Shown in pieces: positions 51,801 through 64,000 of a stretch of DNA of 64,000 bases. The position numbers and the translations under genes are program-made. Below the pieces are notes generated by a model that did not search any database, was not told the DNA's origin, and was given only the letters and a program-made list of their open reading frames with translations. How positions within the stretch are numbered: the first letter of the stretch is position 1; each line of letters opens with the position of its first letter. This stretch comes from Lama glama. Its lineage: Eukaryota. Where the stretch lies: contig CM052818.1 of NCBI GenBank assembly GCA_028534125.1, positions 16,928,001 to 16,992,000 of the forward strand. The letters run 5' to 3'.

Positions 51801-52804
51801 AGACCCAAATATAGATTAGGCATTTTACCAAAGAGATTCTCTGTTCCTGCTGTCAAGTCTTTGAATACATGACAATAATTACGGCTCAGAGAAACACTAG
51901 AACACAAAGAAATCTCCCAGGCGCCACTTAGCTCTCCTTCCTTCCTGCACCCCTTCTCCCCACCCCATCACTGAAACCTGAACCAGCCAATTAGACGAAC
52001 AGCCTGCTAGTCATTGCTAGATGCAGCACAAAGCCTGCATCTTACTGCAGCTGTTAGATTGACGACTCATTTCTAGCCTGAAACCAACAAAGATTCTCGC
52101 CTATTTCCTTGGGGGTCAGAAGACTCTCCTTGCCCATCTTTGTACCCTAGTAAACAGGCATTTATCTCCAAGTACATGGAAGGCTCAGTTCTATAAAAAT
52201 AGATGTGAGCATGAAAAATTGTGATCCCAGTGTAGCCACTAGATGACTCAGCTGGTGGATCCTTCAGCTTCTGAGGGCAGCTCACGTATCTGCTGTCCCA
52301 GAATACACCTTCAACTCCCACCACAGAGCAGCGTGCCCAAGGAACCACCGATTTCCCTGGAGCTGCAAACCACAGACTTCCACGTTAGCAGTTCAGACAA
52401 TCTACAATGTCCTTTCACGTGTCTGTCCTATTCTACCATCAGCACTAATTCATGATGGATTCTAGAAAGTACCAAAAGCAGAATCCTGAAGCGTGCATTT
52501 CAGAGTTGCTCGCCTCACCTTTCACTAACTACAAACACACAGCATTCAGGCTCCTCTGACATGCAGCAACTACTTCTGTATATACAGCTATTAAAAGAAG
52601 GGAAAATAAGAAAGCAAGGGTTACCTTGTTTTTCTTATATATAATGTGTTCTCCCTTGCCTCTGCCAAACGGATGAAGACTACATGAAACATTAATCCTC
52701 AGGAAACCAAGCCACTGACTGAAGTGGGATTAGTTCTAGGTGTCAAGAAGATTTAAGCAAAGGAAAACAAAAGAAGTTCCAAGAGTCATAGTCCTTAATT
52801 ATCT

Positions 52805-53010
52805 GCCATTTATTAGGCAGTGTTATTTTTTATACATTATTTTATTTTACTTTAAATACCTAATTTATTTTTCCTCTTAACTGTGTGGGGTGAGTATTTT
52901 CAATCACATTTTACAGACAGGGAAAAGTGATGCAGAAGGTTAAATAACTCATCTAAAGTTAAATAGCTGGTAAGTAGCAGAGCTGGAAATAAAAACCTAG
53001 TCCACTACAT
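52805..53010 (-). mobile_element. MIR SINE
   Basis: cacattttacagacagggaaaagtgatgcagaaggttaaataactc...tagctggtaagtagcagagctgg. Confidence 0.75.
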
Positions 53011-53266
53011 ACCAGAATTTATTCAACACAGTTGAACTATGATTGTTGCTGTCAGAGGTCTCAGAACATGCCCCTGGTGATCAAACAAACAAACAAACAA
53101 AAGACCTCTGAAAAGAAACAGATGTCTGAAACTCTCTATCTGCAAAGGGTCTCTAGACCCTCTACTGCCCTTTGAAGGAATGGTGATCAGACTATAAGGG
53201 GTCTACCTCTGAATGAATCTAGCATTCCATAATAAGACTAGTTTTTGCTATATGCCAAAACTTAAG

Positions 53267-53299
53267 TCTTCCTCTCTTCCTCTCCCTCTCTCTCTCCCT

Positions 53300-53363
<64 letters not shown>
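53267..53363. repeat. Polypyrimidine (CCTCTC/CT)n tract fused to (TA)n
   Basis: Direct: about 75 nt of pure pyrimidine, then a TA repeat at 53341-53363. Confidence 0.95.
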
Positions 53364-53594
53364 CAAGCCTAATTCTTAGAACCATATACATAATTTGAGT
53401 ATATAACTATCATTTATTGCATTGATTCTGGACTAGATGATGGTGGTACAATGATTTAAGAAGACCAAATCCCAAAGCCAAAAACATTCATAGCAAAGGA
53501 GGACAACAAATGTACTCCGAACTAACATAATAATAATTCGTCTGGGGCATTAGCCGCATAGGGTACAAAGAGATCATAAAGAAAGAAATAATAA

Positions 53595-53920
53595 CAGAGG
53601 CAAATTGGAAACAACTTAATCAAGAGAATGTTGGTCAGGTAACTTACGGTCTATCCACATGATAGAAAAATAGACATTAAAATCACATTGTAGCAGAGTA
53701 CCTGATGACTGGAATATTTTTGATATCTATTGTTAAGTGGACAAGCAGGCTATACCATACATGCAATACAATTTCATTTTGAAAATATATGTAGAGAACG
53801 TTTCAGCAACTGTTAATAATGGTTATGTAAATATTAGACTCATTATGTCTTCTACGGCTCATACAGTGAATCTGTTTTTCTTTAGTAAGTGGAAAATTTT
53901 TTCAGTGCACTTTATTTAAA
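53595..53920 (+). mobile_element. Old L1ME-like 3' fragment
   Basis: gcaaattggaaacaacttaa...tacggtctatccacatgatagaa...tattgttaagtggacaagcagg...aatttcattttg. Confidence 0.6.
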
Positions 53921-56900
53921 AAGCAAATAAATAGTGTCTGCAATGCCTTAACAACAACGAAGGTAATCTATCTGAAATTTCTTGAAACTGAGGGAAAATA
54001 AAATTCCTAATAAAATTAAGATTTATTTTTACAGAGGGACTCGTGAGTTCCAAGATGCCTCACTCTGATTAATCCTGCTGCCTTGAATTTCTAGTCAATA
54101 TTATTGAATCATGCCAGATGTGGCATCTTGCCTTAGTCCTGCTCCTCCCTCATCATCTCAAAAGGCCTCTGATACTTGGGATACTGAACTGGAGTGGCTC
54201 TTCTGCTTGGCAGCCTTTGGAGGTGAAAAGATAGTTTTGTTGTGTGTTGTCATTCAGTTGGTAAGAGTGCTAGTTATGTCTTTAACCTGGTTAACATGAC
54301 TCTCTGACAAAGAAATGCAGGGCTTCCATTTTTCTCTTTTGCCTTGGGGCAAATCTGAAAGCGTTAAGGAGAAAAAAGAGCAGGAATCCTCCAAGACCTA
54401 CAACTGGGCAGATCCCAGGAAAGACACATGAGGTGAACAGTCACTAGGATGAAATGTAAATTTGAATATAAAGACCGAAACTGCAGAAGTGCTGAACTGG
54501 TCAAGGATGCCATGTATCTCGGCAGGCTTACAGAACTGTTACCCAAAGCTTTCCTTTACTTATAGCCAAAATGCTCATGTCTGTTTCCCTTCAAAGCCGT
54601 GTTTTAATGCCTGACTGCATTGCTCACGCATCTTGAGTTGTGCCACTGGGAAAGGAGGAAGGACAGTTTGAATCATTGTTATTATTTAGGAAGTCAGAAT
54701 TATTAACAACCAACTAATCTAGGAGAAAAGCCAGAATCTCTGAGGAGGCCTTTCAATACCTCTGGGCCAATTCATCAGAATTCAACAACCTGAGAAAGAT
54801 CCACTTCTAAAGCTACCCTCAGTCTGGAGAAGAGGTAAAAATCTCGCAGTGGCTGAGCACAGATCACCAGCTCAGATCACTTACAACCTGGGTTGGCTGT
54901 GGGCAGACCCTGATGCAGCCTAGGTTACAGACATAACAAGGCCAGCATGCTAACAGCAAACTCAGTGGTAAACAAGATCACTTTGGGAGAGTGCTGTGTA
55001 GTAACTTGTATTTTGTTTGTCTGTTTTTTGGGGTTACCCCCCCACTCCCAGTGTGCACTGACAAACATAATCTGTACATGCTTATATATCACCAGCTTGT
55101 TAATTCAACACTAAAACAAAGAGATGACATGAATATACGTTCCTGCATCTTTCTTCTGTTCTCTCTCTCTCTCTTCCTTTGTAATATCTTAACAGAGCAT
55201 GCATGCTATTTCAGGTACTTAGTCAAATACAAGATTCATTGTGATGACCTCCATTACCTTATTACACGGAAGCCTATAGTTGTGGTTAATCATAAGATTC
55301 TCCAGGGTGACACTCCTAAATTGAGCTACCAAGAATTTGTATTTTAAGCCAAGCTATCTCCTGGGTCTTAAGAGCACCTGTTCAAGCCCCCCCCCCAAAA
55401 AAAAACATCACACTGTTAGCAGCAGGGTGTGTATATATATACATATATATATTGCAAAGATCCTCTTGAAGAAAGAAAAGAAGATGATGAAATATTCCTA
55501 GGAAACTCTTTCACATGCAATGAATGTGATGGGGAGACTTTAGAAATAATTTTACTGTTTGAGCAAATGTTTCTAAGCTTCTATTTTCTCATTGACACTC
55601 TCAATACCAGCAAGTGAGACTTAACATTAGAGCACTTTAACCCATGATTCATAATTACAATAATTGTTTTCAGTTGTAGCTCATTATAACATAAAAATTG
55701 CTTGACACATATTAATGAATGGGTGAATGCATTTAGCCAAATTACAAACATAATAATCACATGTTATATGACTTCCTATGGTAAAAAAAAAAAAAAGACT
55801 GGCTTGCTGGATATTACACCTTTAATGTTTAATTATCCACATTTGGCTTTGCATATTTAGATTTGACTCACGTTTAATATTAAGCCACTTTATGTGTGAA
55901 TTACAGAGCAATGGAGAGAGAATCAAAAGGTCTAGTCTCTTATGTAATCTCTATGTGAACTTGGCCTTGATATTTCACCTCAGAAAATGCTTTTCTTTCA
56001 ATCTGTTAAAGTTGATTAGCAAGACTAGATGATCTCTAACATCTGTGTAAGTTATAAAATTCCATAATTTTGTGTTTCCTGCTGAGACAAAAATATTTTT
56101 GACTCATTTTTTATAGTGTTTATAAGCGGAAAGTTCTTAACAATTAAAAAAAAAAAGTACCTTACTAATTGCCATCAATTGCAATCTGAGAAAGGTATCG
56201 TAGTCCTTAAAAACATGTAAGTGAAGTTGCGATGGACAGCTCTGGGCAAAGTTCATGGGAAAAATCACCACACTGATTACAGCCATTGTGAAGGGTTGTC
56301 AGAAACAGCAAGCAAATTATAGAGAAAAGGACCTACAAATCCCTTCCTGAAAATCACTACTATTATCATGGTGTTAACTGAGTAATTTTTTCAGCACAAG
56401 GGGCAAATGCATTTTTAAAAACCTAATCAGTTGGATGGTACACATAGAAAATGCAATTCTTTAAACAGCTAATCTGAGGTTATTTTGTTATATAGAATAA
56501 ACAGAAAAAAAAAACAAAAAACAAAATAAGACAATCCACATTGCACATTAATATAAAATTTATCTGCATAGAATGATAGATCTTTTAGCTACTTTTCATT
56601 TATTCAACTTTCTTTACAGAATACAGAACAGAGAAAGAAATCTCAGAGATCATGACTCATATAGACATAGGCAAACTTCATTAATATTAAAGACAATATC
56701 CATAAAAACAAACTTTGAATTGATATGTTTGGATTATCCAGTATTTTCATTAAAGAACAACAGAGCACGGAGCTGACTGCAAAACGGCATTTGTTTCTAA
56801 TTGCTTATGATTTAAATAAGCCAGTGTCAGATTAAAGAGCTTTTATCCTCAGTACCATGGAAGCTTTGCCTTGGGGTGTCCTGGGCACAGTTATGAGAAT

Positions 56901-57119
56901 CATATTCCTCGTAAATTACAGCCCATGTGCAGAAATTGTTTCTTTACACTTCACTACTTGTGTATCTAGCAAGTACCTTTAATGTACTTATTCTTTGTTT
57001 TCTTTAGCTCAAATAATCCCGTAACTTCTTTTATTTCTACTGTGATTCATGTTTTCAAAAGAGCTTTGATATTCTTTATATTGTATTAAATCTCAAATAT
57101 TTCTTAGAAGTAGATAAGG

Positions 57120-57400
57120 CAGGCATCAGTTTCTCTGAGACTGTTTCATCCTTTGTAACATAAAAATATTAATAATAATGCTTTATCATAAGGTTTTTGT
57201 GGATTAAGTGAAACAGTAAAAATGGTAACAGTATACATTTCTTGATCATTTACTATATGCTAAATATCCTAATTGTGCAACATCAATTAACTTATTAAAT
57301 CCACATAGTAACCCTATAAAACAGGTCCTATTATTATCTCTATTTTACAGTGGAGAAATCTGAGTCACAGAAAAGCAAAAATAAACTGCCCAAGGTTAGC
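57120..57400. mobile_element. MIR fragments in opposite orientation (+ about 57130-57215, - about 57225-57400)
   Basis: tctctgagactgtttcatcctttgtaa...aaggtttttgtggattaagtga (+); catttcttgatcatttactatatgc...tattattatctctattttacagtggagaaatctgagtcacaga...actgcccaaggt (-). Confidence 0.7.
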
Positions 57401-60400
57401 AGAAAAATTACAGTTCCATTAGGTAACAAGGTAAGCTACCTAGGATCGTATCTGGCATCATGTAACTTCTTTTTACCAATAAACAAAATTTTACACTGAC
57501 TCGTGGTTTCATCAAAACTCCAATACAGTCATCTCAAATCCTTAATTGGAAGAGGAATGGCATAAATTATATGTAAATTCCATCGACTCTGAGGAACTCA
57601 CAATAATCCTGTACTTAAAAAAAAAAAAAGTAGGACTGAATCTTAACTCGTCAATATTATACATCATAGTCATGAATATCATTTGCTCAATTTAAAAGAA
57701 ATTAGAATATGGATAAAAAGAGTCACGAAAGAGGACTAAATGAGTAAGAAGTATTCCAAGCAGTTTTACATGTTTTTTGGAGCTCATGAAATTGGAAGAG
57801 GTTACAAAAAGAACTAACACATGGAAGCTGTGTATTTCACTCACACACATAACACCAATGAAGCAGGAATTATAGAAAGATATACTTTAAAAGATATATT
57901 TTATCAAAATCTCTTATACTTAAAAAGAAATAATTCCTTATTGAATCACATTACAAATTTTTTTTCTAAAACAAAACTGCCATTCCTGATATCACACGTT
58001 ACAGAATTCATATTTTCCTCTAAGCAAGATTCTGATCACAACATATATGCCCTTTTACCTGAGCCATAATGGTATATACATTAAATGCTTCATTTATGAA
58101 GTTTGGAACCCAACTCTCTCTAGTCTACCAATAGTAATAATGTGTAATAGTAATACCAATAACACACACATCCCTCCCTATAACTAAAAATAAATTTTAC
58201 TTGTTTTTCTTCTACCAAGTGCCTTCTATCAAAGAATTGATCATGACGTTCCCCAAAAGATCAATCGTTCTTTATTTAAAGAAAATACATCTTTAAAATA
58301 CTAACAACTTGATGTGATTTTTAAACACAAGAGTAAATATATTGATTAGCATAATGAGAAAATGAAAGCATGTATAAAGTGCTGTGAGGACTTCACTCTA
58401 CTCAGATTTATACTTTAATCAAATCTATTACCAAGGCAATAGAGGAAAAGAAGATATTGGCCCCAATGTCTGAGTTAATAAAGTTAGCATTCTACGAATT
58501 AGGAGAGAGAAGAAAGGGGTTTTGACTAGAAAAAGGTAGGCTGGACTGAGGGAGGAAGAATACTGAGTTGAGCTGAAATCTCTGTCCTATTGACAAATCT
58601 CTGAATTACTGTGAAAGTCATTGCAAATTCATAGAGTATCTTTTTAAAAACTAGGAAAAGGCTACCCTTTATCAAGACTTAATATTTCTATCTGCTGGGA
58701 TATACTATTTCTATCTGTAGTAATACATTATTTCTTATTTTGTTGGAACCAGATTCAGTGCCATTATCTCCCTTAAGATTGTTGTAATAAATGCACAAAT
58801 CAACAACATCCATGACACAAATGGTATCCCATTAGACGTGATGACACAGGACACCATACAACCATACACGGCAGTCCTGATTCCCACGTTCAGAACAGAG
58901 ACGTCTCCACCTTGCTGTATACACTTGGATGCCACACAACGTCCTTTTACTACTAAGAAAGAGCCTGAGAAGTGTGTCTACAGATAACTTTTCAGAAAAC
59001 CAAGTCCTAGTCTTGTCAGCATTTCCACTTATCTTTGATAACTCTACAAGTAATAAGGTAACAATCTGCCTTACTTATGTATAAGATAGTCAATTTCTGG
59101 GGAATCACAAAATTTTAAAACTGGCTTTCTGAGTTTGAATTGCTCACTGAAGGGATTATATTCCTCTTCCCTACAGGTTCAGAAAACCATTAACACCGTG
59201 TTCACTTGTGTATATGTGTATATATAAAAAATTATGACTTTTCCTTCCATATTTCCTTGAAATAATGTTTTGAATCAACATACCTTAATATAGCAATACC
59301 TTTTTGGTTTGAGTATTTTTTCCTGTTATTAAATGTCTTTGTAGAACACTGATTGTCACCTAGAGTCTAAAATGTTAAGACAATGACTGCTTACTAAACA
59401 GAGAGCTCATAAGGCAAAACATCATCTGGGCACCTGCAACATTGACTTGGAGAGCAATACTGATTCTCTACTGCTTTTTTGGGGTCCAATAATGCAACTT
59501 CCACCTATCAAGGAATGTTGTTTTTTCTTTTTTAGAGAGGGTTAAATATGTTTTAGAAAAATATCCCCAAAACTACAGACCTACTATATTTACTAAATTC
59601 TCCTTTGCTCTGACCCAAAGAGGTTTGAATGCATGGTTTATAACAGTTTATTGAATACACTGGGGAGAGCTTATGCGAGAGGTGATTATAATCCATCACT
59701 TTTAGAAGAATCTAATATACTATTATGGAACCTAATTTTAAAATTATTTTTATATCCATAGAATAACATTCTCTTACTGCTAATCATATAATACATTTCC
59801 CAACTGGATAGAGCATTATGCTCTCCTTAATCTACAATAATTTCTTACCTATTTTCCTTTCAAATATATTTTTTAAATTGCATTCTTATATTGTACTAAT
59901 TTTTTAAAAAGTTCCTAGTGTTAATAGTTACATCTGTATTAGTATGGTCTCTCTCCTCAGATTATAACTTATCTGAAAACTGGAAGATCTCTGTAACTGA
60001 AATCTCAGTGCAGAAGTTAAGCTATAAAGCTCATGTTTACTTAGGGGTTTTAGTGTGCTACTCACCGCATTACTCATTTTGCAAAGTTTGCCTCATTTTA
60101 TCCACACAGCACAGTACTTTTGGTAAATTCATTATTCATAGGATAGAAGATGGAATACAGAATTTAAGTTGTACAATTTTTAAGAAGATAACGAAATGAT
60201 CACAATCTATAAAGACAGAATGTGAACCCAGGAACCCTAACTCCAGATCTGCAGTCTTAAGTACAGGACTCAAGTATGCCAGTCTCCTTCTGCAAGGAAG
60301 CTTCTGCGCCTGGTCTTCCGAGGGACACTGATAGGGCAATTCCAAATGACTCGGAGGAAAAGAACGAACGAATGTCTCCCGGTTGTCCTCTATGATTTGC

Positions 60401-61967
60401 TCCACTTGTTTCTAGGCCTCTCTTTTCATCTATCAGCGCTTCTCACCATCTCATCGGCAGCATCCCCCTGAGGAATGTGGAGGGTTGCTATCCGACATCA
60501 CCCAGATTCACTCCTGGCTTCACATTCTCCCTGACAACTCTATTCATCAGCCTGTCTGTCTGCTTCAGACACAATTCTCTGAAGACTCGGTTTTGAAAGC
60601 AAGGCTCAACGTTTCTGTGCTTTTCTGAGCCTGTCGATCCATCTCTCACATTCACACGATGCCTCCTTGTGCATGACAGAGATGCCCGAGTTCATTATCC
60701 ACAGGCTGCTGCTATCCCTTCTCAACCAAAGCAGTTCTTCTCTTTACCTTTGTCACCTGGCAACCACTCTCTGAGACAGATGAGGCAACCAGCATGTTTT
60801 ATTTCTGTGACACTTACATAGCATTAATAGAAACATAGGCCAGTATTCAAAGAGGACAATGAAGAAGTTTGTCCACATTTTATAACATAACTCTCCAAGA
60901 AGATGATCTTGCCAGTGTTCTCCTGAAACATTCCTTTCTTCTCAAGTGAGAGAAGTGTTTTTTATGTATCATTTTGAGTAGATTCTTACAAACTACTATT
61001 TTTTTTTAATTTCCTGTTGTCAGGAATTGTGAACTGATATCAATATTGTCAGATTCAACCAAGAGTCATTAGAGTCACAATAAAACATCTTGTTTCTAAA
61101 AACTATTTATTACCATACAGAAAGGAATCAAAAATAACTACAGCAAGCTTTCTCAGACCCTGTGTCTTTGCCTGAAAAAAGCTTGTTTTCCATGTCTAGT
61201 CAATCAGAAGATCAAATCTTTCTCCCGCTTTCTCTCATTACGTGCCTGTTGATCAGTATAAATGTCAAAAACGGAACAAAAAGAGACTCCTTGCATCTCT
61301 CAGATAGTATGTAATTTATTGTGATGTATTGTGTTGGTCTATCATTATTTTTTGGTCTTTATTCTGCACTGACTTCAAAATTTTCCCCTATCTCTCTTAC
61401 TGCGATTACATTCACTCAGACACTTTTAGCCTCCTTGACTGTAACTCAGACAAATTATGCATTACAACCTTCTTCAGGCCTCTAGTTCCAATTTCTGGCC
61501 TTGTTCCTCAATCTCTGTTATAGCTCCAGCACTAGTTAATTTATATTTTTAAGAAACAGCCATGAAATTAAACTTTGGTAATCACTTTCACATAATACAT
61601 ATTTTTCCTCCCACTTGAAAATAAACATACCTCAACCCAAATATAAATGATAAGAAGTTGAAATTAAACACTGGCATGAATTAAGAATTGGGGTGACTAT
61701 TTACAATAACAGAATTATCGAATTTGCTATGAAAATTGAACAGGAAGTTCCCAAGTTAAAAACAAACTGTAGTCTGATTATTCTTTTCTAGGTTAGTTGC
61801 TTGGAATTTTGAAAGCACTTCTATAAACTACTAAATTCAGGGAAATAGTCTTGGTGAATATAGATTTTAAAATCAGAATCAGAGCAGATGTGGTCAGGAG
61901 ATGGAGGAATAGAGTGAGGAGGGGAGAGGCTGAGACACTGGCAAGACCAAAAGCACCAATGACCAAG

Positions 61968-62170
61968 AGCAGTGGGTGGTAGTTCACAAAGTGGAGCTGA
62001 GGCTTAACAGGAATAACGTGTATCAGCACCACCAGAAGTGTGTTAAAAGTGCACATTCCCAGAACCCACCTCTGATCTCTTGTGTCAGAATTTCTGGGAG
62101 TGGAACCCAAGGATTCCGCACTGCAGAGAAGCTCCCCAAGTGACTGCACACCTGAATTAGAGAACCTTCC
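61968..62170 (+). mobile_element. MER5A-like hAT-Charlie element
   Basis: gttcacaaagtg...atcagcaccacc...gttaaaagtgcacattcccagaacccacc...tcagaatttctgggagtggaaccca...ctccccaagtga...tagagaacc is colinear with the recalled MER5A consensus. Confidence 0.75.
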
Positions 62171-64000
62171 ATAGCTGTCAAGGTACAGACCATCAATATA
62201 GAACACTGTGAAAACTAAAGTCAATGATGCAAACCGAGGCCTTTACTTTTTTGCATATTAAAATTCTTCTATCAGGCTGTTTGATTTGACTCAGGGTGCC
62301 TTGTTTTATTTTGGCTGCTGGCCTGATGGGTCAAGTTCTTTATTTTATATCTTTATTTTATATCTAGGTGCTGTAACTGTCAGAGAAAAGGCTAATTTGA
62401 ATCTTACTGGAAAAGTCTGCCACTCTCTGGGTCATAGAAGTTAAGCATGACCTTTAAGTACTTCATATTTTCTGAAAAATATGTCAGTATCATGTACATA
62501 CGTAGGCAACCAACTGGCTTATAGATCACCTTTCAGGTCAGATATTCAACCACATCTACTTTCTCCACCGATAATGAAGGGACTATTTAGAACTACAATT
62601 CATTTTTTATATTCCTACCAGAAGATGCATATAGACATGAAAAAAAAATGGAATATTTCTCTTTCTGGAATGAAGAGAAAAAAACAAGGAAAGTGAAAAG
62701 AAAAGAAAACAGTCAACTGCATGAAAGGAGAGAAAATAAATTTCCGGGAATGTGCCGTTCCTGACTTGATGTTCTCCACCAGTAATTGAGCATCATAATT
62801 ACTATTAGAATAGAAACACTTCAGACGAGGCCTGCAGTCAGTGATCAGCTGCTGAGAGGAGCAGGCGTGATCAACTTCGCTGGGATCACAGTCGTAAGAG
62901 AGCAAACCACACAATCTGTACTGAGTGAAGCCTAGAATATTTAGCTTATGTCTCCTTTTCAAACTTCTACACTTGTTTAGAGCTACAGATAAATATGTAC
63001 TTACAAGATTATTGTATACATGTTTTACCAAAGGAGAGCTGTTTAGTCAAGCCCCTAAGATTTGATGCAAAACAGAGTAAAACTAATGTCATCTTGATTT
63101 TCTTCTAAACCTGCCTCTCAAGAAAGTATAGAAGAGTCAAGTAAAGATGACCCACGTAGATGCAGTACATATTTTTGTTCCTTGTTACTGCCTATCACTT
63201 CTATGTATAATAATCCTTTCATGTCCATTTTTTATTATCTACAGAACTCATCTCTCTTAAGACCTATGATATTCCTAAATTAAATTGAAAAACAGAAGCA
63301 CCAAGTGGAGCATACAAACAGAAAGTTTGAGCTCAGTAGATTTCTTCTAGTACACAGGATTCTGTTTTCTGAATCACAATCGAAGATTTATGTACTATTA
63401 CATCAAGTAACTCAGATTCCACTGGGGCCATTACCCTCAAAACCAGACACTAATTGGTTATTTGTAACTAAAAATACAGCAGGATACCCCAGTAAGAGAG
63501 TTATTACTATCACTGTCCTGTCATTCACTGAGTGAAATACTGAATGAGGGAAAGGCTTTTGTTAATTATACTATAAATAAACATGTAACATTTCAGTGCT
63601 TTAAATGATGCAATGGGGAAACGTTTGTGTAGAATGAAACCTGTTTTTACTGCTGATTAAATCAGAACTTTGTAATGTTGCCAGGCGATGGACCAAGTAC
63701 ACTTACAGAAAAATCAAATTTAATTGGACAATTTAATTGATCAAAAACAGATCAAACTGAGCAAATAAAAATCGGAAAACAGTGTATTTATATTGCCCAC
63801 ATCACGGACTGAGCCAAATTTATGCTTAAATTATTTAATTTATGTTTGTATTATACTATAACAAATGAAAAAAACAAAACAAAACAACAATAAAAAAACA
63901 AACAAAAAACTTTAATGAATGCTTCACTTGAGATGGGAAATGAGCATTAAGTGATTAATGGCCAATCCAATAGTGATAAATAAGTTAGTCATGTCTGCAG

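Noticed and set aside
53043..53260. Possible ERV LTR fragment starting tgttgctgtcagagg
   Set aside because: I could not assign a family or find termini or a TSD.
60590..60696. Minus-strand peptide ...EASCECERWIDRLRKAQKR resembling a PH-domain terminal helix
   Set aside because: Too short, ends in a stop, and has no supporting splice sites; likely coincidental.
62615..63031. 138-aa minus-strand ORF (LCGLLSYDCDPSEVDHAC...)
   Set aside because: Non-ATG start, no recognised domain, and no matching donor site; not supported as coding.
1468..63535. The many short (about 60-155 aa) ORFs in the supplied track
   Set aside because: Many begin at non-ATG codons, are low-complexity or overlap repeats, and none resembles a protein I know except the L1 ORF2 pieces; this density is expected by chance.

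Overview
AT-rich, gene-poor mammalian genomic DNA from a draft assembly with three N gaps (500, 100 and 500 N). I recognise no host protein-coding exon, tRNA, rRNA or known ncRNA. The only convincing protein-coding sequence is two minus-strand LINE-1 ORF2 fragments flanking gaps at about 45.9-46.5 kb and 47.4-47.6 kb. The rest is a typical eutherian repeat landscape (MIR, L2, old L1M, MER20, MER5A, MADE2, MLT1 LTRs, microsatellites) plus young L1 3' ends resembling cetartiodactyl, probably camelid, families; I noticed no Alu, B1 or Bov-A type SINE. The species call and all repeat-family names come from recalled consensus sequences, not a search. Between repeats are several repeat-free blocks dense in homeodomain, PBX/MEIS, SOX, GATA and E-box motifs (about 7.4, 18.0, 30.2, 35.3, 37.4 and 63.7 kb) that look like developmental enhancers in a large intron or gene desert. 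There are also a few unannotated exon-like segments. I found no evidence of a new multi-gene system. The best leads are a candidate short L1 3' transduction inside a perfect TSD, twin L1 insertions with predictable TSDs hidden in under-sized gaps, an exact 20-bp homeodomain-motif duplicate 6.2 kb apart, and the enhancer and exon candidates.
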